From Minisyncoccota bacterium (lineage in GTDB: Bacteria > Patescibacteriota > Minisyncoccia > Minisyncoccales > RBG-13-42-11): DNA of 64,000 bases. The stretch covers positions 6,852-70,851 of the forward strand of contig JADHYE010000003.1 in assembly GCA_016782605.1 (NCBI GenBank), written 5' to 3'. Below are positions 16,640-26,333 of the stretch, one piece after another. The notes below the pieces were generated by a model. It saw only the letters and a list, made by a program, of their open reading frames with translations. It did no database searches and was not told the DNA's origin. A program made the position numbers and the translations under genes. The number at the start of each line of letters is the position of its first letter. Positions within the stretch are counted from its first letter, which is position 1.

Positions 16640-16714
16640 CGGCCCCAACCGGATTTGAACCGGTGTTTTCTGGATGAAAACCAGATGTCCTAGACCAGGC
16701 TAGACGATGGGGCC
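16640..16714 (-). tRNA. tRNA-Glu(TTC)
   Basis: Acceptor GGCCCCA/TGGGGCC, loop TTTTCAT and T-arm ACCGG-TTCAAAT-CCGGT. Confidence 0.9.
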
Positions 16715-16764
16715 ATAATTTCCCTTCTATCTTAGATTAATTTATGATATTTGTAAAGATATAT

Positions 16765-17907
16765 ATGCTGATATTAGCCATAGAAACATCCTGCGACGAC
16801 ACTTGCGCAGCTGTTATTAAAATCAAAAAAAACAGAAAGTTTGAAATCCTCTCCAACGTGATTTCTTCCCAGGTAAAACTCCACTCAAAATACGGAGGGG
16901 TTTTCCCTTCTCTGGCGAAAAGGGAACACCAAAAAAACCTGCCCATCGTCGTTAGAAAAGCTTTGAAAGAAGCTAAAAATCCGAAAATCAATCTGATTGC
17001 TGTTACCTCCGGCCCGGGCCTTGAACCATGCTTATGGACAGGCATAAACTTTAGCAAAGAATTGGCTAGAAAAATGAAATTGCCGATAGTCCCGGTAAAT
17101 CATATTGAAGCGCACATCTTAGCTAACGTTATTGATAAAAAACCAGTTTTCCCAGCTGTCTGTTTGATTGTTTCCGGAGGCCACACCCAGATTATCTTAA
17201 TGGAGAAAATCGGAGAATATAAAATACTAGGAGAGACCAGGGATGATGCAGCTGGCGAATGCTTTGACAAAACAGCCAGAATTCTGGGGTTAGGGTATCC
17301 CGGAGGCCCGATTGTAGCAAAAAAAGCAGCTGAATTAAAAAGCAAAAAATTGAAAATTAATTTACCCCGACCGATGATCCATCAAAAAAACTATGACTTC
17401 AGCTTTTCCGGGTTGAAAACCGCTGTTTTATACGAATTTAAAAAACGCCCTCTAAAAATTAGAAAATCCAAACAATACGTTCAAGAAATGTGCGCTGAAA
17501 TCCAGCAGGCAATCATTGACGTTTTAATCCGCAAAACGATAATTGCAGCAAGGGACTACAGGGTAAAATCAATCATTTTAAGCGGAGGGGTAGCAGCTAA
17601 CGAAGAATTAAGAAAGCAGTTCCAATCAGCAACCAGCAACCAATGTTCTAAAATTACTCTTTCTCTGCCGCCAAAAAACTTATGCACCGACAATGCAGCA
17701 ATGGTGGCTGTCGCCGGCTATTTGAACACCGAGCTTCCGAAGGAAGCGAAGGTAAGAAAGAAAATGAAATTTTCTTTCGACTGGCAAAAGGGGCGAAGAG
17801 GACTTCGCCCTCTTCTTCCACCTCGCTTCCACAAATGGAAGCTCGGTAAAAAACACTGGAAAGAAATTAAAGCTAATGCTAACCTAAAAATAGGTGAAAA
17901 ATTATGA
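16765..17907 (+). CDS. tsaD: tRNA N6-adenosine threonylcarbamoyltransferase TsaD (Kae1/Gcp family), with a 40-codon insertion
   Basis: ILAIETSCDDT, HIEAH, SGGHT and CTDNAAM. The alternative upstream ATG 16744 is less likely. Confidence 0.85.
   Translation: MLILAIETSCDDTCAAVIKIKKNRKFEILSNVISSQVKLHSKYGGVFPSLAKREHQKNLPIVVRKALKEAKNPKINLIAVTSGPGLEPCLWTGINFSKELARKMKLPIVPVNHIEAHILANVIDKKPVFPAVCLIVSGGHTQIILMEKIGEYKILGETRDDAAGECFDKTARILGLGYPGGPIVAKKAAELKSKKLKINLPRPMIHQKNYDFSFSGLKTAVLYEFKKRPLKIRKSKQYVQEMCAEIQQAIIDVLIRKTIIAARDYRVKSIILSGGVAANEELRKQFQSATSNQCSKITLSLPPKNLCTDNAAMVAVAGYLNTELPKEAKVRKKMKFSFDWQKGRRGLRPLLPPRFHKWKLGKKHWKEIKANANLKIGEKL
17728..17847. repeat. 120-nt palindromic multi-hairpin element inserted in frame in tsaD
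   Basis: Outer 11-bp inverted repeat ACCGAGCTTCC / GGAAGCTCGGT. Inner hairpins are GAAAGAAAAT/ATTTTCTTTC and GGGCGAAG/CTTCGCCC. Confidence 0.8.
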
Positions 17908-19997
17908 TTTCGGAACTTTCCAAAACTTACGAACCCGAAAAAGTAGAAAAGAAAATCTATCAACTCTGGTTAAAGACCGGTTTTTTTAATCCTGACAAGC
18001 TGCCAGGCAAAAGAAAAAAACCCTTTACCATAATTATGCCCCCGCCCAACGCCAACGGCTCTCTGCATATTGGCCACGCTGTTTTTGTCACTTTACAGGA
18101 TATCATGATCAGATATAAAAGAATGCTGGGCGAAAAAACGCTCTGGCTGCCGGGCGCTGACCATGCTGGTTTTGAAACTCAAGTGGTTTTTGATAAAAAA
18201 CTGGAAAAAGAAGGACGCTCAAGATTCCAAATCCCAAAAGAAAAACTGTATCAGGAAATCCTTAAATTTACTTTAAACAACAAGAAAATAATGGAAAAAC
18301 AACTGATGGAGCTTGGCGCTTCCTGCGACTGGTCAAGGGAAAAATTCACTTTGGATAAAAATATCGTTAAGCTCGTTTACCAAGTTTTCAAAAAGCTGGA
18401 AAAAGACAATTTATTGTATAAAGGCAAAAGAATAGTTAATTGGTGCACAAAACACCAGACTTCTCTTTCTGATTTGGAAACTAAATACGAAGAAAGAAAG
18501 GACCCCCTTTATTTCATTAAATACGGACCATTGGAATTAGCGACAGTCAGACTGGAAACCAAATTCGGAGACACAGCAGTAGCTGTCAACCCAAAAGACA
18601 AAAGGTATTTGAAATACATTGGTAAAGAGCTTGAAATAGACACCCTTTTAGGGAAAAGAAAGATAAAAGTTATTGCTGATTTAGCTGTTGATCCTGAATT
18701 CGGCACAGGAGTGATAAAAGTCACTCCAGCCCACGACCCGGATGATTTTGAAATCTGGCAAAGACACAAAAAAGAAATACCTCCTCCGATTGAAGTGATA
18801 GACAAATTCGGCAAACTGAATGAAAATACCGGTCCATATAAAGGACTAAAAGTATTGGAAGCTAGAAAAATCATTGCCAAAGACATGGAAGAAAAAGGGC
18901 TTCTTGATCCTGCAAAAACTGACCACAGTTACCTACACAATGTGGCTACCTGCTACAAATGCGGTTCAACTATTGAGCCGGTTATTCTGGACAACCAATG
19001 GTTTGTTAAAATGACAGCCAAGCCGAAAATCGGAAAACTGTCTTTGAGAGATTCTGCTGTCAAAGCAGTAAAGCAAAAACAGATTAAATTCATTCCCCAG
19101 CGCTTTGAAAAGCTCTTTTTCCATTGGATGAAAAATCTCAGGGACTGGAACATTTCCCGGCAAATCGTTTGGGGCATTAAGATTCCGGAGAAAGATTCCA
19201 AAGATGTTTTTGACACTTGGTTTTCTTCTGCTCTTTGGCCTTTTGCCACTTTATCAACGAGCAAAGCAGGAGATCTAAAGAAGTTTTACCCGACAGACGT
19301 TATGGAAACGGGCTGGGATATTCTATTTTTTTGGGTAGCCAGAATGATTATGATGGGGCTGTATGTTTCTGGAAAAATACCTTTTAAATATGTCTATCTT
19401 CACGGATTGGTACGCGATAAAGACCGACAGAAAATGTCAAAATCAAAAGGCAATGTCATTGATCCATTGGGAGTAATAGATATTTACGGAGCTGACTCTT
19501 TGAGAATGGCCCTGGTCATTGGCAATTCACCTGGCAACGACCCAATTATCTATGAAGAAAAAATACGAGGATACCGGAACTTTACCAACAAGATTTGGAA
19601 TGCTTCCCGCTTTGTTTTGATGAATCTGAATGGCTTTAATCCGAAAATAAAGCCAAAATTAAGCGCGAATGATAAGAAAACACTAAAAAATCTTAATAAT
19701 TTTTCGAAACAAATCAATAAACTAATGGACTCTTTCAAATTCTATAAAGCATCTGAAAATCTCTATCATTATTTCTGGCATAATTTCTGTGATAAAATTA
19801 TTGAAGAGCATAAATCCAGACTGCAGGGTTCCGATAAAGATAAAAAACAAGCCAGCCAGTATCTACTTTTAGAAATCCTGAATACTAATTTAAAAATGCT
19901 CCATCCTTTTTTACCTTTCATTACCGAAGAAATTTATCAAACTCTTCCTATTAAAAATAAGAAAAAATGTTTGATGGTTGAAGATTGGCCAAAATAA
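17904..19997 (+). CDS. valS: valine--tRNA ligase (short form without C-terminal coiled coil)
   Basis: PPPNANGSLHIGH (HIGH), KMSKSKGN (KMSKS) and editing-domain block TRLETKFGDTAVAVNP; 697 aa. Confidence 0.9.
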   Translation: MISELSKTYEPEKVEKKIYQLWLKTGFFNPDKLPGKRKKPFTIIMPPPNANGSLHIGHAVFVTLQDIMIRYKRMLGEKTLWLPGADHAGFETQVVFDKKLEKEGRSRFQIPKEKLYQEILKFTLNNKKIMEKQLMELGASCDWSREKFTLDKNIVKLVYQVFKKLEKDNLLYKGKRIVNWCTKHQTSLSDLETKYEERKDPLYFIKYGPLELATVRLETKFGDTAVAVNPKDKRYLKYIGKELEIDTLLGKRKIKVIADLAVDPEFGTGVIKVTPAHDPDDFEIWQRHKKEIPPPIEVIDKFGKLNENTGPYKGLKVLEARKIIAKDMEEKGLLDPAKTDHSYLHNVATCYKCGSTIEPVILDNQWFVKMTAKPKIGKLSLRDSAVKAVKQKQIKFIPQRFEKLFFHWMKNLRDWNISRQIVWGIKIPEKDSKDVFDTWFSSALWPFATLSTSKAGDLKKFYPTDVMETGWDILFFWVARMIMMGLYVSGKIPFKYVYLHGLVRDKDRQKMSKSKGNVIDPLGVIDIYGADSLRMALVIGNSPGNDPIIYEEKIRGYRNFTNKIWNASRFVLMNLNGFNPKIKPKLSANDKKTLKNLNNFSKQINKLMDSFKFYKASENLYHYFWHNFCDKIIEEHKSRLQGSDKDKKQASQYLLLEILNTNLKMLHPFLPFITEEIYQTLPIKNKKKCLMVEDWPK

Positions 19998-20707
19998 TGT
20001 CTTACCCTCTTTACATATTTTTCGGAACCCTGCCCAGCTTCATTTGGCTTTTGTTTTATTTGAGAACAGACACCCATCCAGAATCCAACAAAATGATCTT
20101 AAAAATATTCGCTTTCGGCATGCTGATAGCCATACCAGCCATTCTTTTGGAAACTGGCCTTATAGATATTTTAGATAACTTATCCTTGCCAACAGTCTTA
20201 TCGCTGCTCTTAAGAGTATTTATTGCTGTGGCTTTTATAGAAGAGATTTTGAAGTATTCTGTAGTCAAAGCAAAAGTATTGGATAGTCCTGAATTTGACG
20301 AGCCGATAGACGTGATTCTCTATATGATTATTGCTGCTTTGGGATTTGCCGCAGTAGAAAATATTCTAATCTTGTTTTCTCTGGGCCCGGTATTCTTTTT
20401 GGAAGACGTATTCCTTATCAGCGTTTTAAGATTCTGGGGCGCGACTTTCTTGCACGCTTTGTGTTCTGGGGTCTTGGGGTTTTTCATAGCCCTGTCCATT
20501 TTCGAAATAAAAAAAGGGATGGTATTTTTTGCTACCGGCCTGGGGATAGTTTTCCTCTTGCACGGATTATATAATTTTTCTATTATGAATACTGAAGGAA
20601 TACTTTCCTGGTTGATACCGACCAGCATATTAGCCTTTTTGGCAGTTTTCCTTTTTTCAGGATTCAGAAAATTGAAAAAATTAAAAAGCGTCTGTAAAAT
20701 AGGTTAA
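19985..20707 (+). CDS. PrsW-family intramembrane glutamic protease
   Basis: Polytopic protein with FIEEILKY, AAVENIL, FLHALCSG and HGLYNF. Confidence 0.7.
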   Translation: MAKIMSYPLYIFFGTLPSFIWLLFYLRTDTHPESNKMILKIFAFGMLIAIPAILLETGLIDILDNLSLPTVLSLLLRVFIAVAFIEEILKYSVVKAKVLDSPEFDEPIDVILYMIIAALGFAAVENILILFSLGPVFFLEDVFLISVLRFWGATFLHALCSGVLGFFIALSIFEIKKGMVFFATGLGIVFLLHGLYNFSIMNTEGILSWLIPTSILAFLAVFLFSGFRKLKKLKSVCKIG

Positions 20708-20725
20708 ATAACTAATCACTAAACT

Positions 20726-21364
20726 ATGGCATCATTTTTCGACAAACTAAAAAAAGGCATGGGCATTGATGAACCGATTTCAGAGCCCGAAGAAGAAAAA
20801 GAAGAAGAAAAAGAGGAAGAAGAAGTTAAGAAAAAACCAGCTAAAAAACCGAGGAAAGCTAAGAAACCGAAAAAAGAAGCAAAAACTCCGGAGATAAAAA
20901 TAGAGGAAATAGAAATTCAGGAGGAAGAAAAAGAAGAACCGGAAGAGAAAGAGGAGTTAGAAGAGAAAAAGAAAGAAGAACCAGAAAAACCAAAAGAAGA
21001 AAAAAGGAAGAAATGGCCTTCCTTCGGCGGAATGGAAGAAGGAGAATTGGCAATTGACGTTTACCAAACGGATAAAGACCTGATTATCCAATCAGCCATA
21101 GCCGGAGTTGACCTTGAGGATTTGGACATCTCAATAGAAAGGGACATTATCACCATCAGGGGAGGAAGAGAAAAACCATTTGAAGAAAACGGAGATTATT
21201 TCATACAAGAATGCTTCTGGGGGCCTTTTTCAAAAGAAATCATCCTGCCAGCTGAAGCTGACCCTGGCAGAGCAGCAGCTGAAATGAAAAACGGCGTCTT
21301 AACCATCAGGATTCCCAAGATTATAAGGGAAACCAAGAAAAAGATAGTCATTAAAAAACACTAA
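20726..21364 (+). CDS. Hsp20/alpha-crystallin small heat-shock protein with Lys/Glu-rich N-terminal extension
   Basis: C-terminal ACD runs LAIDVYQTDKDLIIQSAIAGV...GVLTIRIPK. Confidence 0.8.
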   Translation: MASFFDKLKKGMGIDEPISEPEEEKEEEKEEEEVKKKPAKKPRKAKKPKKEAKTPEIKIEEIEIQEEEKEEPEEKEELEEKKKEEPEKPKEEKRKKWPSFGGMEEGELAIDVYQTDKDLIIQSAIAGVDLEDLDISIERDIITIRGGREKPFEENGDYFIQECFWGPFSKEIILPAEADPGRAAAEMKNGVLTIRIPKIIRETKKKIVIKKH

Positions 21365-21386
21365 AGATTCTTGATTTGATAACAAA

Positions 21387-21411
21387 GCCCGGCCTAAAAA
21401 GGTCGGGTTTT
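21387..21411 (+). terminator. intrinsic terminator after hsp20
   Basis: GCCCGGCC-TAAAAA-GGTCGGG followed by TTTTT. Confidence 0.7.
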
Positions 21412-21496
21412 TGGTGCCCAGGGAGAGATTCGAACTCTCAAGAGTTTCCTCACTGGATCCTAAATCCAGCGCGTCTGCCAGTTTCGCCACCTGGGC
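21412..21496 (-). tRNA. tRNA-Leu(TAG), CCA encoded
   Basis: Acceptor GCCCAGG/CCTGGGC, loop TTTAGGA, variable stem-loop and T-arm GAGAG-TTCGAAT-CTCTC. Confidence 0.9.
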
Positions 21497-21589
21497 GCAT
21501 TATGCATTTTATTCTTTTTCGAAAACAAAATCAATCCCGCGCCATATTATGGTGCGGGATTAATGTAATATCAAATAATTTAAATATTC

Positions 21590-21919
21590 TTAAGCTCCCA
21601 AAAGATTCCTTACCAATGCAATCGCTCCCCTGGCCAACAAAGCAACAGCCACTCCAGCCAAACAGTACATTAACATTGTTCTGGCTTTCTCTAGTTTGAT
21701 CGTATCTCCGCTAGCCGTAATGAAATTCATACCAGCAACAACTAAAAAGATGAAAGCGATCACTAGTAAAATGGTGAAAATCAAGTCGCCGATTCTGTTT
21801 AAAATAACGACTAGCTCGTCAACGCTGCCACCAATGACCGGTGCCGTTTCTTGAGCAAAAACAAAGAAAGGTAAAACCAACAAACTGATTGAAAGAAATG
21901 ATATTAAGTATTTTTTCAT
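21590..21919 (-). CDS. small secreted two-TM protein, TrbC/VirB2-like T4SS-pilin-type
   Basis: Signal peptide ...VFAQE, then two long hydrophobic helices separated by ASGDTIKLEKAR. Confidence 0.55.
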   Translation of the reverse strand: MKKYLISFLSISLLVLPFFVFAQETAPVIGGSVDELVVILNRIGDLIFTILLVIAFIFLVVAGMNFITASGDTIKLEKARTMLMYCLAGVAVALLARGAIALVRNLLGA

Positions 21920-21968
21920 TTTTTTTCTCTAAAATTGGCTTTCGACCTTTTTAAGTTTCCAAAAGCGA

Positions 21969-22316
21969 TTATTCTACTACTCCTAATACTGACTTTAGCA
22001 CTTCCACTAATCCTTTGGCAAGCAGAATAATGGCAAAACCAATGGCTGTGTATAAAAATAAATTCCTTGCCTTTTCAACTTTATAAACGTCTCCACCAGA
22101 AAAAACCATCAAAAAACCGCCAATAATAATAAGAATGGCAGCTATGGGTATGCTTACTGTAAAAAGGAAATTAATTATGGCGTCTATCAAATCTTTAATG
22201 TCTCCATATCTTAAAGGATTACTTAATTCAATAGCATCTTGAGCCAAAACAACATCTTTAGCAAAAAAAACTAAAAGCAGCATGAAGATTATAAATATGA
22301 AGTATTTCTTTTTCAT
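21969..22316 (-). CDS. small secreted two-TM protein, paralog of 21590-21919
   Basis: Same architecture, with the helices separated by FSGGDVYKVEKARN. Confidence 0.55.
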   Translation of the reverse strand: MKKKYFIFIIFMLLLVFFAKDVVLAQDAIELSNPLRYGDIKDLIDAIINFLFTVSIPIAAILIIIGGFLMVFSGGDVYKVEKARNLFLYTAIGFAIILLAKGLVEVLKSVLGVVE

Positions 22317-22320
22317 GGTT

Positions 22321-22836
22321 TTATTTTACCAGAATTAAACCGAAATGATAAGGACCAGCGGCAAATTCCTTTTCTGCCTTTAAACCTAAGCTACTAGCGA
22401 TTTCTTTCACTTTGGCAGGAGAAATTATCTTATCTTTTGGCACTAAAGCAGTATCTTTGGCCCAGTCAACCACCAGTATCCTGCCGCCTTTTTTTAAAAC
22501 TCTTTTTCCTTCTTCCAATACCTTTTTTTTGTCTTCGCACTGGAAAAGAAGATTGGTCATTAAAACCAAATCACATCCGTAATCCCAAACTTTGCTCCCA
22601 GTCTCAATGTCTGCCAGAATGGTTTTAATATTGGATATCTTTGCCAGCTTTGCTTTAGCTTCCAAGGAAGAAAGCGGTTCTTCTAAAATATCTACTGCAA
22701 AAACCTTTCCATACTCCAATTTCCTAGCTAAAGGAATAGCCCAGCCGCCGGAGCCCGAACCGAAATCAGCAGCCACCATATCTTCTTCCAGTTTTAATTT
22801 TTGCAGGATTTTTTCAGGATCTAAAAACTCTTTCAT
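22321..22836 (-). CDS. class I SAM-dependent methyltransferase
   Basis: Motif I VADFGSGSGGW and a post-I acidic residue (AVDI); 171 aa. Confidence 0.75.
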   Translation of the reverse strand: MKEFLDPEKILQKLKLEEDMVAADFGSGSGGWAIPLARKLEYGKVFAVDILEEPLSSLEAKAKLAKISNIKTILADIETGSKVWDYGCDLVLMTNLLFQCEDKKKVLEEGKRVLKKGGRILVVDWAKDTALVPKDKIISPAKVKEIASSLGLKAEKEFAAGPYHFGLILVK

Positions 22837-22838
22837 AA

Positions 22839-25322
22839 TTATGTGCAGGTTACTGAGGCAACTTTGTCACCTTGTTCCAGCCTTATTAATCTTACTCCCT
22901 GGGCTGAACGGGAGAGCTTTGGAATTTGGGAAATATTAGTCCTGATAACCTGTCCTTTTTGCGAAATGACGATCAAATCCTCTTCTTCCGGACCGATAAC
23001 TCTGGAAGCGATAATATTGCCTGTTTTCGGATTTACGTTTCCGGTTTTGATTCCAGACCCGCCCCTGCCCTGAGTTTTGTATTCTTTAACGTCGGTTCTT
23101 TTGCCAAATCCGTTTTCCGAAATAATCAGCAAATAGTTCTGCGTTTTTTCTTTCTGCTCCTGGGAAGCGATTACGTCTACAGCCACTACTTCGTCTCCCT
23201 TTCTAAGCCTTATCCCTTTGATGCCGGAGGCAGTCCTGCCCATTGCTCTGATCTCCTTTTCTTGGAAACAAATGGACTGGCCTTTTTTGGTAACGAGCAG
23301 TATCTTGTCCTGGCCGGTGGTCTTCTGGACGTTCTTGAGCTCGTCTCCCTTTTTCAAAGAAATGGCGATCAATCCTGACTTCCTGATATTTTCAAAGTCC
23401 TCCAAAGGAGTTTTCTTGATTATACCATTCTTGGTAGCCATTATTAAATATTTTATGCCCTGTTCCTGGTCCAATTTACTGATCGTTCTAAGGCATAATA
23501 TCTTGTCCTGGGGAGTGATTTCAAGAAAATTCAAAAGGCCCCTGCCCCTGGCCACTCTCTGGCCTTCCGGTATTTCGTAAACCTGGGTGCAGAAAACTTT
23601 CCCAGAATCAGTGAAAAAGAGCAGAGAATCGTGGGTTTGGGCTGCCAAGAAATGTTCTACTACGTCGTCCTGAAGAGTTTTCATGCCCATAATTCCCTTG
23701 CCGCCCCTTTTCTGGATTTTGTAGGTTCTCGGATTGATTCTTTTAATGTATCCTCCCTGGGTCAGGGTGATTATCGTTTCTTCCTGAGGAATTAAATCTT
23801 CCTCGGCAATTTCTCCTATTTTCTGGCTGTGCACCTTTGTCCTTCTTTCGTCCCCGAAATTATCCTTGACCTCTTTTATTTCTTTCTTAACAACTGATTT
23901 TATCTTTTGGGGACTCTTTAGGATTTCAATAAGCTCTTTGATTTTGAGTTTTAATTCTTTTAATTCGTCCTCAATCTTCTTTCTCTCCAGTTTGGCTAAA
24001 GCAGAAAGCTTAGTTTCCAAAATAGCGTTTGCCTGGATCTTTGTCAGTTTAAATCTTTTTATTAAATTCTTTTCTGCATCTTCCCTGTTGGCAGAATTCT
24101 TAATGGTCTTAATCACCTCATCAATATTGGCCAGGCACTTGTGCAAGCCTTCTAAAATATGGGCTCTTTCTTTAGCTTTTTCCAGGTCATGCTTTATCCT
24201 TCTGGTGATTACCTGAATGCGATGGCTGATGAAATAACTGAGCATCTCAGCCAAACTCAAAACTCTCGGCTGGATTTCATCTACCAAAGCCAGCATGTTC
24301 AAGTGAAACGTTTTTTGGAGGTCAGTGAATTTGTAAAGCCTGTTAAGAACCTTCTGGGGATAAGCGTCTCGCGAAAGCTCAATAACAATCCTCATTCCTT
24401 CTTTATCAGATTCGTCCCTGATGTCTTTTATGCCTTCTATCTTCTTTTCCTGAACCAAGGCAGCAAATTGTTCAATTAGAGTTGATTTTTGCACCTGGTA
24501 GGGAATTTCTGTAATGATGATGCGCTGCCTGCCTGTTTTTTCCTGTTCCATTACCTCTGCTTTTCCCCTGGCAACAATTGGCCCCTTGCCCTGGGAATAA
24601 GCCTCAATTATCCCTTTCTGGTCAAAAATTATACCGCCTGTCGGGAAATCAGGTCCCTGGATAAACTTAAAGAGTTCCTCAGTATCTGCTTTCGGTTTTT
24701 CAATCAAATAAATCAAAGCATCGCAAACTTCTGATAAGTTATGGGTGAGGATATTGGTTGCCATACCAACAGCAATACCCAAAGAACCGTTCAATAGAAG
24801 CTGGGGAACGGGCGAAGGCAAAACAGTCGGCTCTTTTCTCGTTCCGTCAAAGTTTTCAACGAAATTAACCGTATCTTTCTCAATGTCTTTTAGCATTTCC
24901 TCACCAATTTTTGACAGACGGCATTCAGTGTACCGCATGGCAGCCGGCGGATCGTTGTCAATGGAACCGAAATTGCCCTGGCCGTTAATCAAGGGATATC
25001 TCAAAGAAAAATCCTGAGCCATTCTTGCTAAAGCATCATAAAGAGCCATATCTCCATGAGGATGATAGCGTCCCAAGCAGCTTCCGACAACCGTAGCTGA
25101 TTTCCTAAACTTGGCATTGTGTCTCAGTCCTTCTTCCAGGGTCGTATACAGAATGCGCCGATGAACAGGTTTTAAGCCATCTCTGACATCAGGCAAAGCC
25201 CTAGAAACAATAACTGACATGGCATAGTTAATATAAGACTCCCTCATCTCTTCAGTTATTTCCCGAGGCTTGATAAGGCCGATTTTGCTGTTTTCAGTTT
25301 TTAAATTATTGTTCTTCTTCAC
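22839..25322 (-). CDS. gyrA: DNA gyrase subunit A, GTG start
   Basis: [27 protein letters not shown], active-site region AAMRYTE and C-terminal beta-pinwheel repeats. The GTG start is formed at the TIR element boundary. Confidence 0.95.
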   Translation of the reverse strand: MKKNNNLKTENSKIGLIKPREITEEMRESYINYAMSVIVSRALPDVRDGLKPVHRRILYTTLEEGLRHNAKFRKSATVVGSCLGRYHPHGDMALYDALARMAQDFSLRYPLINGQGNFGSIDNDPPAAMRYTECRLSKIGEEMLKDIEKDTVNFVENFDGTRKEPTVLPSPVPQLLLNGSLGIAVGMATNILTHNLSEVCDALIYLIEKPKADTEELFKFIQGPDFPTGGIIFDQKGIIEAYSQGKGPIVARGKAEVMEQEKTGRQRIIITEIPYQVQKSTLIEQFAALVQEKKIEGIKDIRDESDKEGMRIVIELSRDAYPQKVLNRLYKFTDLQKTFHLNMLALVDEIQPRVLSLAEMLSYFISHRIQVITRRIKHDLEKAKERAHILEGLHKCLANIDEVIKTIKNSANREDAEKNLIKRFKLTKIQANAILETKLSALAKLERKKIEDELKELKLKIKELIEILKSPQKIKSVVKKEIKEVKDNFGDERRTKVHSQKIGEIAEEDLIPQEETIITLTQGGYIKRINPRTYKIQKRGGKGIMGMKTLQDDVVEHFLAAQTHDSLLFFTDSGKVFCTQVYEIPEGQRVARGRGLLNFLEITPQDKILCLRTISKLDQEQGIKYLIMATKNGIIKKTPLEDFENIRKSGLIAISLKKGDELKNVQKTTGQDKILLVTKKGQSICFQEKEIRAMGRTASGIKGIRLRKGDEVVAVDVIASQEQKEKTQNYLLIISENGFGKRTDVKEYKTQGRGGSGIKTGNVNPKTGNIIASRVIGPEEEDLIVISQKGQVIRTNISQIPKLSRSAQGVRLIRLEQGDKVASVTCT

Positions 25323-25454
25323 CCCGTTAGAAGTCTGTCTTTATATGATTAAAACAATCAATTTAAACAGACCTTTGTTTATTGATTATATTCCCGTTGA
25401 TATCTCGCAGAAAAAATGTATTTAAATTTTTTCTGCCAAAGACTTCTAACGGGG
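25322..25454 (-). mobile_element. 133-bp non-coding TIR element, copy 2, between a small ORF and the gyrA start
   Basis: TIRs at 25322-25336 and 25440-25454, with direct TTCA at 25318-25321 and 25455-25458. The gene-proximal ~62 nt differ from copy 1 at 2 positions. Confidence 0.8.
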
Positions 25455-25469
25455 TTCATAATTAATGTC

Positions 25470-25670
25470 CTACATATTGAAGTCCGGCATTTCCAAATTG
25501 GGCAGGTTCAATTCCTCTTTTATATCTTCTGCCTTGAAATTTCCTAACTTATTCTGGACTTTTTTTGACCAGAAAAACAAGAGCGCCAAGCCAAGAACAA
25601 TCACTGTTGCCCAGAGAATAATCTTTTTCTTGGATTCTGGCAGTTTTTGGATTTTTTCAATAATGTCCAC
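25470..25670 (-). CDS. small single-pass membrane protein
   Basis: 66 aa with one TM helix (ILWATVIVLGLALLFFW). Confidence 0.35.
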   Translation of the reverse strand: MDIIEKIQKLPESKKKIILWATVIVLGLALLFFWSKKVQNKLGNFKAEDIKEELNLPNLEMPDFNM

Positions 25671-25679
25671 GGATTGATA

Positions 25680-26333
25680 TTAAGGGCTGAGGACGACTAT
25701 TTTCGCCTCTTCAGAAACAATGTCTTTCTTTTTAATGGATAACTTCGGCAAAGAATCTATCTTTTTGATTCCCATGGTTTTCAAGAATTTGTCTAAACCA
25801 TCAAGCTTCATTTTCAATTTGGGCAGCTGATAATGCATCGGGATTATGATATTAGGCTCGATCTGCGACATTATTTTCATCGCCTCTTTAGCTGAAATAG
25901 TGAATACGCCACCGACGGGAACCATTAAAATATCAACTTCTCCTATCTTTTCCACCTGCTCTGGAGTCAATTCTTTCTGACCCAGATCCCCAAGATGACA
26001 AATCCTCAATTCTTCTGCCTCTATGATATAAATAGTGTTATTTCCTCTTTCTTTCCCCAAAGACGAATCGTGAAAAGAAGGGATCCCGCGGACAAAGACT
26101 TCTTTTATTTCGTATTCTCCGGGACCGGCAACAACAAAAGGGTTTCCTAAAACTGCTTTAACGTTGTTGTGGTCTGAATGCTGATGGGAAACCAATAAAA
26201 TATCAGCTTCGGCTTTTGGAATTCTTAAGCCAGTATCTTCTGAAAAAGGATCGATAACAATATTGACGTGATTGTTTTTTGCCTGGCTTGAAGATATTTG
26301 AAAGCAAGATTGTCCGTGCCAAAAAATGTTCAT
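25680..26333 (-). CDS. metallo-beta-lactamase-fold hydrolase (UPF0173-like)
   Basis: HQHSDH motif; 217 aa. Confidence 0.75.
   Translation of the reverse strand: MNIFWHGQSCFQISSSQAKNNHVNIVIDPFSEDTGLRIPKAEADILLVSHQHSDHNNVKAVLGNPFVVAGPGEYEIKEVFVRGIPSFHDSSLGKERGNNTIYIIEAEELRICHLGDLGQKELTPEQVEKIGEVDILMVPVGGVFTISAKEAMKIMSQIEPNIIIPMHYQLPKLKMKLDGLDKFLKTMGIKKIDSLPKLSIKKKDIVSEEAKIVVLSP

Noticed and set aside
20770-21010. Repetitive GAA/AAA-rich DNA in hsp20 (and the nusA 3' end at 54170-54260) as a tandem repeat or array
   Set aside because: It is in-frame Lys/Glu low-complexity coding sequence with no defined repeat unit or spacers.
21299-21699. ORFs 21376-21699 (+) and 21299-21490 (-)
   Set aside because: They overlap tRNA-Leu(TAG), the hsp20 terminator and the antisense strand of the pilin-like gene, and no motif is present.
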